A stretch of DNA of 35,309 nucleotides, from positions 1 through 35,309 of the forward strand of contig CAZLQC010000005.1 in assembly GCA_964561695.1 (NCBI GenBank). The letters are read 5' to 3'. A program made the translations under genes and the position numbers. Positions 16,139 to 24,732 of the stretch are shown here, one piece after another (position 1 is the stretch's first letter; every line of letters starts with the position of its first letter). Source of the DNA: an uncultured Bdellovibrionales bacterium (GTDB lineage Bacteria > Patescibacteriota > Minisyncoccia > Moranbacterales > UBA1568). The notes below the pieces were generated by a model that saw only the letters and a list, made by a program, of their open reading frames with translations, was not told the DNA's origin and made no database searches.

Positions 16139-16156
16139 ACCCTCCTGTATGTACAA

Positions 16157-16546
16157 TTATTTTAGCTGTCCTTCAAGTTTTTCGTGTAAGCGCTCAATCA
16201 GGGTGTCACGAAACACATCGAGAGCGTAGAAGTCTTCAAGAGTGCGTGCCACGCTCACAGCATGCACTACTCCCTTGGTATCAGCCAAAGAAAGAAGCTT
16301 AGTAACACGCTCTTCTTCATCGACGGAAGAGAGGCTCGCGGCATCATCCTTGACCTGGTTCTGCGTAGTTGTTTGTAGACTGGCTGTATGGGTATCGATT
16401 TTCTTTAAGAGTTCGCCCATTCGTTCGCTCTGGTGTTCTGGAGCTTTCTCAGGAGACAGCTCTTTCTCCATAAGACTCGTCGCTTCAGGCATCCCCGTAA
16501 TACCTTCAACCGGTGATCCACCAGTTATTTCAATACGTTCATCCAT
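16157..16546 (-). CDS. Small acidic hypothetical protein (129 aa)
   Basis: ATG start. Its stop abuts the RBS of the ATPase gene. No recognisable domain. Confidence 0.5.
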   Translation of the reverse strand: MDERIEITGGSPVEGITGMPEATSLMEKELSPEKAPEHQSERMGELLKKIDTHTASLQTTTQNQVKDDAASLSSVDEEERVTKLLSLADTKGVVHAVSVARTLEDFYALDVFRDTLIERLHEKLEGQLK

Positions 16547-16573
16547 ATTCTTTCGTATTAATAGCTTACTTGT

Positions 16574-16891
16574 TTAGACAGCTGCTACCCCCATATACTT
16601 ATCCATATCAGAACGAAATTCCGTCACTACCTCACGAATAAAAACTGGGTAATTGGGGATTTTTTCTGCCAAAAAGGCTTCTACCGTATCTGCTTTTGCT
16701 TTACTCTCGAGTAATTTCTCATACTCTTTGGCTCCGTGAGCTCCCAACTTATCAATAGTCGCCAAGAAAAGCCTCTTCAGGAAGACCTCTCCAATCTTTC
16801 CTATCAAATCATCTTGTTTTTCTGGTGATAGATCTTGGAGGCCAAAAATTTCTATAATTTCTTGACGATGCTGTTCTAATACTTGGTTCAT
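16574..16891 (-). CDS. Small helical hypothetical protein (105 aa)
   Basis: Its ATG overlaps the TGA of the upstream 1,061-aa ORF (ATGA at 16888-16891), which suggests translational coupling. No recognisable domain. Confidence 0.55.
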   Translation of the reverse strand: MNQVLEQHRQEIIEIFGLQDLSPEKQDDLIGKIGEVFLKRLFLATIDKLGAHGAKEYEKLLESKAKADTVEAFLAEKIPNYPVFIREVVTEFRSDMDKYMGVAAV

Positions 16892-19800
16892 ACGCGTATA
16901 AGTTTATCGAGGTTAAATTTATTTTCTGGAGATTCAAAACCGAGAGTCACCATGCGTCGAGTATAGGCCGCTACTGTTTCGTTTCTTCCAGGTTCTGCTA
17001 CTGTACCATAAGCACTGACTGCCAATTCCTTAAATCTATTTATTCTACTAATCTGATCTGTGCCGAGGATAGCTCGATTCTCTATAAGAGTCTCTCCTGG
17101 CGTATTGGCTGCCAAGACGACATCAGTCATTTTCACAGTAGGCGCATTGAGGATACTATCGCGAAAGCGTAAGTCATTGGTGGCAAAAATAGTTCTGCGG
17201 GTATCTTCCAATTCTTTGTAGTAGACAGCCCTTTCTACCCTCCCCTCACCAAGCAGTTTAGCTGTTCCGTCAACTGGCTCATTCAAGTTTTCGCTCTCAG
17301 CAAATGAGTTTTCGTCTACCTGGGCCAGTAAGTCTTCTGGTTTGCCTCCTCCGTCACCTCCTCCAGTCGTATCTTCTAGCGCAAATGCGTTGGGTGTCTC
17401 AACGGTAGCTGTTGCTGGTACCTCTGGCACTCCGAAAACTTCTGGTGTTACAGGAACGGATACTTCTGGCACTGGAGCGTCGACTATCTTCCCGTCTAGA
17501 ATCTCCTGCAGTTCTTCTTGACTCACCAGACTACCAAGCTTGAGAGTGTCATCAGCATAGATAGTTTCTACATTACCACTTGGAAATCCAGCCAGCGTTC
17601 GAGCTTCTGGAGAGAGGGCTTCCAGTTTAGTAGCGATCAAGTTCTGTAATGAAGTAATGACCCTTGTCTTCTCTGCTCCATTGAGCTCAGATGGCACTGA
17701 TTTCTCAAGTACTCCCCAGAGTCCTTTGCGACTATCAGCTGTAGTGAGAGTGTATGTTTCCGGGAGCGTGGCAGTAGAGACGGGTACTTCTGGAATCTCA
17801 GCTGTCGTAGAGGGAACTGGTGTCTCTGCAGAGCCTCCTCCTACCTGATCATAAGACATGGTCGGGGCATTACCTGGTAATGATGTCTCTCCTCCTGATG
17901 CAAGAGCAGTCTCAGCTGATGGCGTCACGGATGTAGCGGCATCATTGGCATGATGAAGATAAGAGAACGCTTCTGAGAGAGCTGCCCCCCCGAAGGCTCC
18001 CCCGAGACGCAAAGACCACTTACGGAAAAAAGTTTTCCTTCGCTTCTTGTCTATCTGTTTATCTATGCTTTGATTCTCCAAATCCAGGAACGTATTCAGT
18101 TTTTTGGCAAGTTCTTCTGGAGAGGTCCCTTCTTCATTTTCAATAAAATTTTCAATCTCAGTGGTGACTTTTTTCTCTTGGCGTCCACTAAAAAACTTTT
18201 CTGCAGCCGCGTCGAGCGTCACTGCTCCACCCAAGCCAGCACAAAACCTTCTCACCGCTACTGCTCCAATGGCTATGCCTGCTCCTGCCCCACCAATAGA
18301 GCCTAAGGCTATAGAACTTCCAAAGAGGCCAGCGCCAAGTAGCATCTTTTTTCCTGTTGAAAGTCCATTGTACTTCTCTCCGATCCAATCAAGTTTAGCT
18401 CCCAGCTTGCCTGATAGACTACTCTTTTCTTTCTCGGCATAAAGATTAGCTAAAGCGGCCCCCTCAGCCACCTTGAAGTACACTCCGAGTTCCAGTATTC
18501 CCTGAGCCTTCTCTTTCTCACCCAAAAGAGTAATCTGGGCAATGTCGGCTTCTTTTTTCTCGACGAGAAGTGCTTGATATTTTTCACGAAGCATGATCAG
18601 ATCTGCATCCTCAGTCTTTTCAAGCCAGGTAAAACTGCGCTTGAGACGCTCCCACTGAGTGGTCATTTCGACATCTTTTGTGACGTAGGCCAAACGAGCA
18701 GAGGCGATTCTTTCTTCAAGAGTACCCTCTCCTTCCAACTTCTCTCTAGTTTCTTGAGTTGCTTGGATAACCACTCCCTCTTCTGCAGACTGTTCTACAG
18801 ACACTGGCGCTGTCCCCAAAATCAAGGCTTCTGGGATAGCCTGAGCGGTCTCCTTGGCGACATCACTCACTTCGATACTTACTGGTCTTGGACCAGTCAC
18901 TTCGGGCTCTATATTTTCTCGAATCAGTGTGTTAATCTGCTCCTCTGATCCATCAAGATCGAGAAATCGATTAACTGCCTCCTGGCGAGCCGCTTCACTC
19001 CCCTTGAGGCGCTCTTCGAAACTTACTGCCTTGGCTTTGAGATCAAGGCTCTGTTCTTTGAGTGACTCAAGTACTGGATCAACAACTACATCTTTCTTGC
19101 GCCTACTCGAAGTAGCTTGTGGCTCTCGGTGAGCTATCTGATCATCTACTGTTTTAATATCTGCCTGAACAGCAGCAATATTTCTTTTTAAAGCTTCGAT
19201 ACGATTCTCTTCTTGAAGAATAATCGTTCCTGCTCTACTCTTCTCTTTTTCTTTACGCTCTATTTCTTGGGCTTTTTTCTTTTCCTCAATAGCCAGCCTT
19301 TTCTTAACGTCAAGCATGGCTACTCCTTTTTCTTTTTTCAATTGAGCAATGTCTTGTAGTACAGCTGGCCTCTCAGGAGCTGGAACTTCCTTGATATTCT
19401 GAAGCAACTCATGAAGCTTCGCCTCATCTGCAGTAACTACAGGAGTCTTGGCTACTTCCTCCTCCTTTATGGTTTTTAGAACCTCTCGAATAGCATCCAG
19501 CCCGTCTTTGGTTGTATTGCCTGTATCATTGATGACTCCCTCAGGCTTTACCTCACTCATTGCTATTGGTGCCATCTTTTCATCTACTCTTTTTGTTTTT
19601 GCTATCTGCTCTTTGGTGGCAGCAATCTGTCTCCCAATGGCATTCAATTCCCAAATAGGCCTCGTAATCTCACCTGCCTGCTTCTCTAGTTGGCGTAAGC
19701 TCACCTCCAAAGAAGCGCTCTCTGGACGTTCTGCATGCAGATCAAGGTTGGCTTGTACTTTTTCTGGGTCAGTGACTGGCACTGGTACTGGATTACTCTC

Positions 19801-20073
19801 TCCAATACCAACCAAAACCGTCTCGGGAGTACTCACCGCTACTTCTACCGGTACAAAATCTTCTTGTTCTACGAATGGATTAGCTACCGTTGCCTCTAAA
19901 ACTTTAGTTGGAGTGACTGGTATTTCTGTGGACAATTCTAGTGAGACTGGCTCTGCCAGCTTAACATCTTTACCATCAGTAAAAAGAAGGTCCCCCGTCT
20001 TAATAAGTGGGGACTCATTCCGATCTGTGGGACTCCTTCTTAAACGCCCAAATACTCTATCGAACGCTGGCAT
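16888..20073 (-). CDS. Large coiled-coil protein with glycine-zipper membrane segments (1,061 aa), unknown function
   Basis: ATG preceded by AAGGAAAAGGA. There is a Lys/Glu-rich coiled coil (about 19083-19323). Gly/Ala-rich hydrophobic segments lie at about 18214-18345 (MLLGAGLFGSSIALGSIGGAGAGIAIGAVAV...) and about 17953-18012. The C-terminal region is Pro/Thr/Val-rich and contains GGGDGGG. Confidence 0.6.
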   Translation of the reverse strand: MPAFDRVFGRLRRSPTDRNESPLIKTGDLLFTDGKDVKLAEPVSLELSTEIPVTPTKVLEATVANPFVEQEDFVPVEVAVSTPETVLVGIGESNPVPVPVTDPEKVQANLDLHAERPESASLEVSLRQLEKQAGEITRPIWELNAIGRQIAATKEQIAKTKRVDEKMAPIAMSEVKPEGVINDTGNTTKDGLDAIREVLKTIKEEEVAKTPVVTADEAKLHELLQNIKEVPAPERPAVLQDIAQLKKEKGVAMLDVKKRLAIEEKKKAQEIERKEKEKSRAGTIILQEENRIEALKRNIAAVQADIKTVDDQIAHREPQATSSRRKKDVVVDPVLESLKEQSLDLKAKAVSFEERLKGSEAARQEAVNRFLDLDGSEEQINTLIRENIEPEVTGPRPVSIEVSDVAKETAQAIPEALILGTAPVSVEQSAEEGVVIQATQETREKLEGEGTLEERIASARLAYVTKDVEMTTQWERLKRSFTWLEKTEDADLIMLREKYQALLVEKKEADIAQITLLGEKEKAQGILELGVYFKVAEGAALANLYAEKEKSSLSGKLGAKLDWIGEKYNGLSTGKKMLLGAGLFGSSIALGSIGGAGAGIAIGAVAVRRFCAGLGGAVTLDAAAEKFFSGRQEKKVTTEIENFIENEEGTSPEELAKKLNTFLDLENQSIDKQIDKKRRKTFFRKWSLRLGGAFGGAALSEAFSYLHHANDAATSVTPSAETALASGGETSLPGNAPTMSYDQVGGGSAETPVPSTTAEIPEVPVSTATLPETYTLTTADSRKGLWGVLEKSVPSELNGAEKTRVITSLQNLIATKLEALSPEARTLAGFPSGNVETIYADDTLKLGSLVSQEELQEILDGKIVDAPVPEVSVPVTPEVFGVPEVPATATVETPNAFALEDTTGGGDGGGKPEDLLAQVDENSFAESENLNEPVDGTAKLLGEGRVERAVYYKELEDTRRTIFATNDLRFRDSILNAPTVKMTDVVLAANTPGETLIENRAILGTDQISRINRFKELAVSAYGTVAEPGRNETVAAYTRRMVTLGFESPENKFNLDKLIRV

Positions 20074-20195
20074 ATTTCCTTTTCCTTTGTATTGATTTCA
20101 TATATAATAATAGCATAGAAAAGAAAAAAATTCTTTCTTCTAGATGAAAAAGAAATACAAAAATTAATCGGGCCTGTTTTCCAGGCAACTCTCAT

Positions 20196-21785
20196 ATGAC
20201 CAAGCAACACGTTCTCGTGTGGTTCACTCTTACGCTCATTCTCCTTGGCGCTCTCTTTGCGCGAAGCTATCATATCAACTCTCTTCCAACCGGCCTCTAC
20301 CCTGATGAAGCCGTCAATGCCGTTGATGCACTCCAGGCTATTGAAAGTGGCCACTACAAACTCTTCTATCCAAATAACTACGGCCGTGAGGGTCTTTTTA
20401 TTAACCTCCAAGCACTTTCCCTTAAAACCTTTGGCTACACCATAGGCGCCCTCAAACTCTGGTCAATCATTTTTGGCACCCTCACCGTTCTTGGGGTCTA
20501 TCTCCTTGGTCGTGAACTCTTCCACCGTCGTGGAGCCGCTTTATTGGGAGCTTTCTTTATCGCCTCAAGCTATTGGGCCATCAACTTCTCTCGTATTGGC
20601 TTCCGAGCCATTATGACATCATTCCTACTCAGCTTTGCCTTCTTTTTCTTCTTCAAAGGCCTCCGTACGAGACGCTACCTGGATTTTGCCCTTTCTGGAC
20701 TCTGTGTGGGACTTGGACTTCATACCTATATCGCCTTTCGCCTCACCCCCCTCATCCTTGTGGCCCTCATGCCTTTTCTTATTCTTTCCTACGAAAACTT
20801 TCTCAAGCGCTACTGGAAACAAGGCCTGGTGTTTGCTCTAACAGCATTTATTGCAGCCGCACCAATGCTCTATCACTTTTTTATTGCTCATCCAGAAGAC
20901 TTTGCCTCACGCTCCACCGCTATTTCTGTCTTTGCACCCGAAGTCAATCATGGCAACCTTCCTGGCACCCTCCTCAAAACATTTGGTCTCAGCCTTATCA
21001 AGTACAACTTCTGGGGTGATCAAAATTGGCGCCACAACTATCCTCCCTATCCTGTACTTGACCCCATCACCGGTTTCTTCTTTCTAGGGACCCTCTTGTT
21101 TCTTATTTCACAGACAGTGAATCTCATCGGTAGGCGTCTACGTCATCGTGATCGTGATACTCGTCTAGTACGTAATGTCTTTCTTTTGGGAGCTTTCTTT
21201 ATCATGCTGATGCCCGAATTTTTTACCTCGGAAGGGCTTCCTCATGCACTCCGTGCCATCGGAACACAGGTACCTGTCTTCTTAATGGCTGGTCTTGGAG
21301 CTTTTTGGCTGTACCAAAGAATTAGACGTATTCCTTTCCAATCAAGAGCCGTATTACTCTCACTTTTTTTCCTAGCTCTGGGTCTGAGTGCCAGCTTCAA
21401 CCTCACTAAATACTTCGTCTTTTTTGCTAATAGCACTGATCAGCGTGGGGCTTTCAACGAGGACTACACCAACATGGCTAACTACCTCATCAGCCTACCT
21501 CCGGAAACTCACAAATATGTGTATACCAATGCTGGCGGCACTGATATAGATAATGGCCTCCCAGTTACTGCAGAGTCTGTCTACTTCCTCACCTACGGAA
21601 AAGTAGAGAATCTAACCTTCCTGAAACCAGATACTACCCTTACAACACCCGCTGTTGTCATTCTTATGCGTCATGATGATGCTATCGCTAAACGCTTGCT
21701 CGAACGTTATCCGACAGGCTCTCTCAAAACTATCTATATCAACCCTACCTCCCCTATTGGTTTTCCCGTCATTATCCTTCCCTAA
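20196..21785 (+). CDS. GT-C fold glycosyltransferase, PMT/ArnT (GT39/GT83-like) family
   Basis: Polytopic membrane protein. The first loop motif YPDEAVNAVDA (DE motif) and the overall layout are typical of COG1807 enzymes. Confidence 0.7.
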   Translation: MTKQHVLVWFTLTLILLGALFARSYHINSLPTGLYPDEAVNAVDALQAIESGHYKLFYPNNYGREGLFINLQALSLKTFGYTIGALKLWSIIFGTLTVLGVYLLGRELFHRRGAALLGAFFIASSYWAINFSRIGFRAIMTSFLLSFAFFFFFKGLRTRRYLDFALSGLCVGLGLHTYIAFRLTPLILVALMPFLILSYENFLKRYWKQGLVFALTAFIAAAPMLYHFFIAHPEDFASRSTAISVFAPEVNHGNLPGTLLKTFGLSLIKYNFWGDQNWRHNYPPYPVLDPITGFFFLGTLLFLISQTVNLIGRRLRHRDRDTRLVRNVFLLGAFFIMLMPEFFTSEGLPHALRAIGTQVPVFLMAGLGAFWLYQRIRRIPFQSRAVLLSLFFLALGLSASFNLTKYFVFFANSTDQRGAFNEDYTNMANYLISLPPETHKYVYTNAGGTDIDNGLPVTAESVYFLTYGKVENLTFLKPDTTLTTPAVVILMRHDDAIAKRLLERYPTGSLKTIYINPTSPIGFPVIILP

Positions 21786-21822
21786 AAAATTATTATATAA
21801 CTAATTACTAGACCAGAATTTT

Positions 21823-23724
21823 ATGGAGTTTTTACAAAAGCATAGCCTGAAAATAGCCTTCGCTATCCTCGTCTTCTTCTTTGCCTTCAATCTTGTCATT
21901 TCCGACCAAGAGGCTACTACTATGGATGAACGGGCTCATATCCCCTCAGCCTATAGTTACGTACGCTATGGTGATATGCGACTTAACCCTGAACACCCCC
22001 CTCTCCTGAAAGATCTTGCTGGACTTCCCCTTCTCGCTTTACAACCTGAATTTCCCCTACAATCAGAGGAATGGCAACATGGTATCAATGCCCAATGGGT
22101 AATGGGTCAAAAGTTCATCAGTTGTCTCGTTCCCGAAGAAGCCTGTAATGACGCTGATCAGATCACTTTCTGGTCTCGAGTACCGATTGTCTTAGTAGCA
22201 GTACTGATGGGTATATTTCTCTTTGTCTGGACTCGTTCACTAGCTGGTCGAGGAGCCGCCCTGTTTGCTCTCACTCTCTATGCTTTTGATCCGAATATCA
22301 TTGCTCACAGTCACTTTGTGACTACTGATATCGGTATTGCCGCTTTCCTCTTCTTCTCTTTCTACTACTTTGTTCGTTTTCTCAAGGAGCCTACCCCACG
22401 AAATGTCATCACTTCTGGTATCTGGTTGGCGCTAGCCAACCTGGCTAAATTTTCAGCAGTACTCCTCTTCCCTATTTTCGGTCTCTTTGTTCTCCTTTAC
22501 GCCTTAAGTATTGCTAAGCCTAAAGAAGCTACTCTCTCAACCTTCCTCTTCAAAATCAAACAAATCTGGCTCTATGGGTATAAGTTTACGTTGAGTGTAG
22601 CTCTCTGCTTTGTCATCATCTGGGTCTATTACTACCCACATACCATGAATATGCCTGGTATTAAGCTGGTTGAGGTGGCTAGTGTCATGTTCCCAGACAA
22701 ACAAGCTGGACCATTCGCTAAAAGCTTCATCGGTGCAACCTATGACAATAGCTTTCTCAAACCATATTCTGCCTACTTCTTAGGAGTCTTCATGGTCTTC
22801 GGTCGTGTTGCTGGCGGTAACACTTACTACTTCCTAGGACAAGTCTCTAATCAAGCGTCTCCCTGGTATTTTCCGGTCGTCTTTATTCTTAAGAGCACCC
22901 TCCCATTCCTCTTTCTCCTTGTGGCAACCACTTTTTACAGTCTCTACCGTATAGTTAAGAGCTTTAAGGATGAAAAAGTGACTAGCTTAGCAAAACTCGG
23001 TACTTTTCTTGGTCAGTCACTCAGACGCAAGACAGCTCAGTACGTAGGTGTTTTCTTTGTCCTCTTCTACAGCTTCGTCAGTATTACAGGCAATCTCAAT
23101 ATTGGCTTCCGTCACTTGTTCCCAATTTTACCCTTTCTCTTCATGTTTATCGCTAAAGTGGTTTTTGATATCATTAAGCGTCAGACCAATCCAATTGCTC
23201 AGAAAATTAGCTACAGTATCCTCGGAGTCTTTACCTGTATTATCATAGCTACTCCCTTTCTCTCCTATCCTCACTTTGTATCCTACTTCAACGGTGCTTT
23301 TGGTGGACACGCCAATGGCTACCGCTACGTCACTGATTCTAACTACGACTGGGGTCAAGACTTGAAGCGCCTTAAGACTTTTGTTGATACCCACAACCGT
23401 TGTAGTACTGGTCAAGCTACCGCCAAAGATGACTGTACTCTGGCTAGTGGCCTGCCACCTATCGACAAACTCCGCATAGACTATTTCGGAGGAGCAACCC
23501 CTGAATACTACTTCAAAGACATTATGATTCCTTGGCATGCCTATACACCTCATGAGGCTGGCTGGTATGCTGTTTCCATTGGCTTTATGCAAGAAAGTGT
23601 TAGCGTGGATCCCGGCTACAAAGCAGATAGCTATGACTGGCTGGCCGAGAACTTCACTCCGGTCACTAGAACTGGTGACTCAATCTTTGTGTATTATGTA
23701 CCAGAAGTGCCCGCTGGTAAGTAA
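21823..23724 (+). CDS. GT-C fold phospholipid-carrier-dependent glycosyltransferase (PMT_2-like)
   Basis: MDERAHIPSAYSY...PEHPPLLKDLAGLPLL matches the DExxH / hPPL first-loop signature. It has at least 10 TM segments and a C-terminal soluble domain. Confidence 0.7.
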   Translation: MEFLQKHSLKIAFAILVFFFAFNLVISDQEATTMDERAHIPSAYSYVRYGDMRLNPEHPPLLKDLAGLPLLALQPEFPLQSEEWQHGINAQWVMGQKFISCLVPEEACNDADQITFWSRVPIVLVAVLMGIFLFVWTRSLAGRGAALFALTLYAFDPNIIAHSHFVTTDIGIAAFLFFSFYYFVRFLKEPTPRNVITSGIWLALANLAKFSAVLLFPIFGLFVLLYALSIAKPKEATLSTFLFKIKQIWLYGYKFTLSVALCFVIIWVYYYPHTMNMPGIKLVEVASVMFPDKQAGPFAKSFIGATYDNSFLKPYSAYFLGVFMVFGRVAGGNTYYFLGQVSNQASPWYFPVVFILKSTLPFLFLLVATTFYSLYRIVKSFKDEKVTSLAKLGTFLGQSLRRKTAQYVGVFFVLFYSFVSITGNLNIGFRHLFPILPFLFMFIAKVVFDIIKRQTNPIAQKISYSILGVFTCIIIATPFLSYPHFVSYFNGAFGGHANGYRYVTDSNYDWGQDLKRLKTFVDTHNRCSTGQATAKDDCTLASGLPPIDKLRIDYFGGATPEYYFKDIMIPWHAYTPHEAGWYAVSIGFMQESVSVDPGYKADSYDWLAENFTPVTRTGDSIFVYYVPEVPAGK

Positions 23725-23734
23725 TCCTTTGAAC

Positions 23735-23767
23735 AAAAAGCCCCGCCATCATGACGGGGCTTTTTTT
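23735..23767. terminator. Bidirectional intrinsic terminator between convergent genes
   Basis: GCCCCG(23740-23745)-ccatcatga-CGGGGC(23755-23760), flanked by AAAAA upstream and TTTTTTT (23761-23767) downstream. Confidence 0.8.
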
Positions 23768-24722
23768 AATTCTTGTTCTTCTTTTTCTTTTGTTCTATGG
23801 CCTCTGCCGGCTTTGTTTCGGTTTCTTTTTTCTCTCCATCCTCTTCTTTGGGAGGAGCATTCTTCAAAGAATAGTAAATGCGATTCTCAGTACGTAAGTC
23901 TACATTACGAAGCTCTCCTTGACGCTCAAAAGGAACCTCTTGTTCAAAAAAAAGACGTAGAGTTTTGATATTCTCTTCTGGCTGTATCCGAGAGTTGATA
24001 AGGAGTTCCCACCCACCCTCAGTCTGCAAACGAAGCTCATCAGAAAACCTTGATGCTGAAGTCATTTCTGGCTTGATAACAATTCCTAGCTCCACCTGAA
24101 GACGTTCTTTATTTTGCTTAAAGTGTTCAACAAATGGATAGTCAAATAACGTCCGTCCTATCTCTACTGGCAAGCCCCCTGTATCGATAACTGTATACAA
24201 TGGCAGACTTCCTCTTCGCTCTGGCACCAAATCTCCCGCACGGGCAACGTTTTCCTCACTTAAAAGATAGCAAGGACCTCGACTGCACCACAAAATAGCA
24301 AGTTCACGCTCACGTAGAATAATATTAACCTTATTAGGAAAGGTCTTGCTCACACTCAGTTCTTCAATAGCTGGAAATTCTTGTTCTAAAATAGCCTGTA
24401 CTCTACTTGTTCGAAAGAGGAAGAAATTACTCCGTTTAATACCCGCAAAGATACGTGATTCATTCTCATTCACAAAGAGCTCTTCCATGCGACCTTTGGG
24501 CACGAGTACATTGCCTTCTACATGGAGAATCTCCATTCTCATCACTGAAGAAAGAAAAAGCATGTATAAAACGGTCCCACAAAAAACTAACCACAAAAAT
24601 ACTGTTAGCAGAGGGGGTTTACGTCTTATATCTTCTACATTTTCACTCCGTTTTGGCTTCTTTTGCTTCCGTTTTGGAAGATACAGATCGGGAGAGAAGG
24701 TTGGTTTCTTTTTTGACCACAT
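23766..24722 (-). CDS. ftsQ: Cell division protein FtsQ/DivIB-like (TM + POTRA)
   Basis: Basic N-terminus and a single TM (LLTVFLWLVFCGTVLYMLFL). The POTRA-like region reads ILHVEGNVLVPKGRMEELF...FPNKVNIILRERELAILW. The C-terminal tail is Lys/Glu-rich. Confidence 0.7.
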   Translation of the reverse strand: MWSKKKPTFSPDLYLPKRKQKKPKRSENVEDIRRKPPLLTVFLWLVFCGTVLYMLFLSSVMRMEILHVEGNVLVPKGRMEELFVNENESRIFAGIKRSNFFLFRTSRVQAILEQEFPAIEELSVSKTFPNKVNIILRERELAILWCSRGPCYLLSEENVARAGDLVPERRGSLPLYTVIDTGGLPVEIGRTLFDYPFVEHFKQNKERLQVELGIVIKPEMTSASRFSDELRLQTEGGWELLINSRIQPEENIKTLRLFFEQEVPFERQGELRNVDLRTENRIYYSLKNAPPKEEDGEKKETETKPAEAIEQKKKKNKN

Positions 24723-24732
24723 AACCGTACTC

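Noticed and set aside
13661-16156. TTG start at 16156 for the ATPase (and TTG 25662 for holB) as given by the ORF track
   Set aside because: Internal ATGs (16138 and 25638) are preceded by good SD sequences (AGGAGG and GAAAGG) and remove the overlap or abutment with upstream genes. I report the shorter coordinates.
5279-16156. Two ORFs of identical length (831 aa) at 5279..7774 and 13661..16156
   Set aside because: There is no sequence similarity between them, and the second is probably shorter with the ATG start. The identical length is a coincidence.
7779-20073. Possibility that the block is an integrated conjugative or mobile element
   Set aside because: I saw no integrase, transposase, relaxase, VirB4, tRNA attachment site or flanking direct repeats in the window. 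Only the compositional shift of the giant ORF supports foreign origin, so I do not call a mobile_element feature.
20040-20411. 123-aa minus-strand ORF across the divergent intergenic region and the start of the GT-C gene
   Set aside because: It overlaps both real gene starts and the promoter region, with no SD and no recognisable features.
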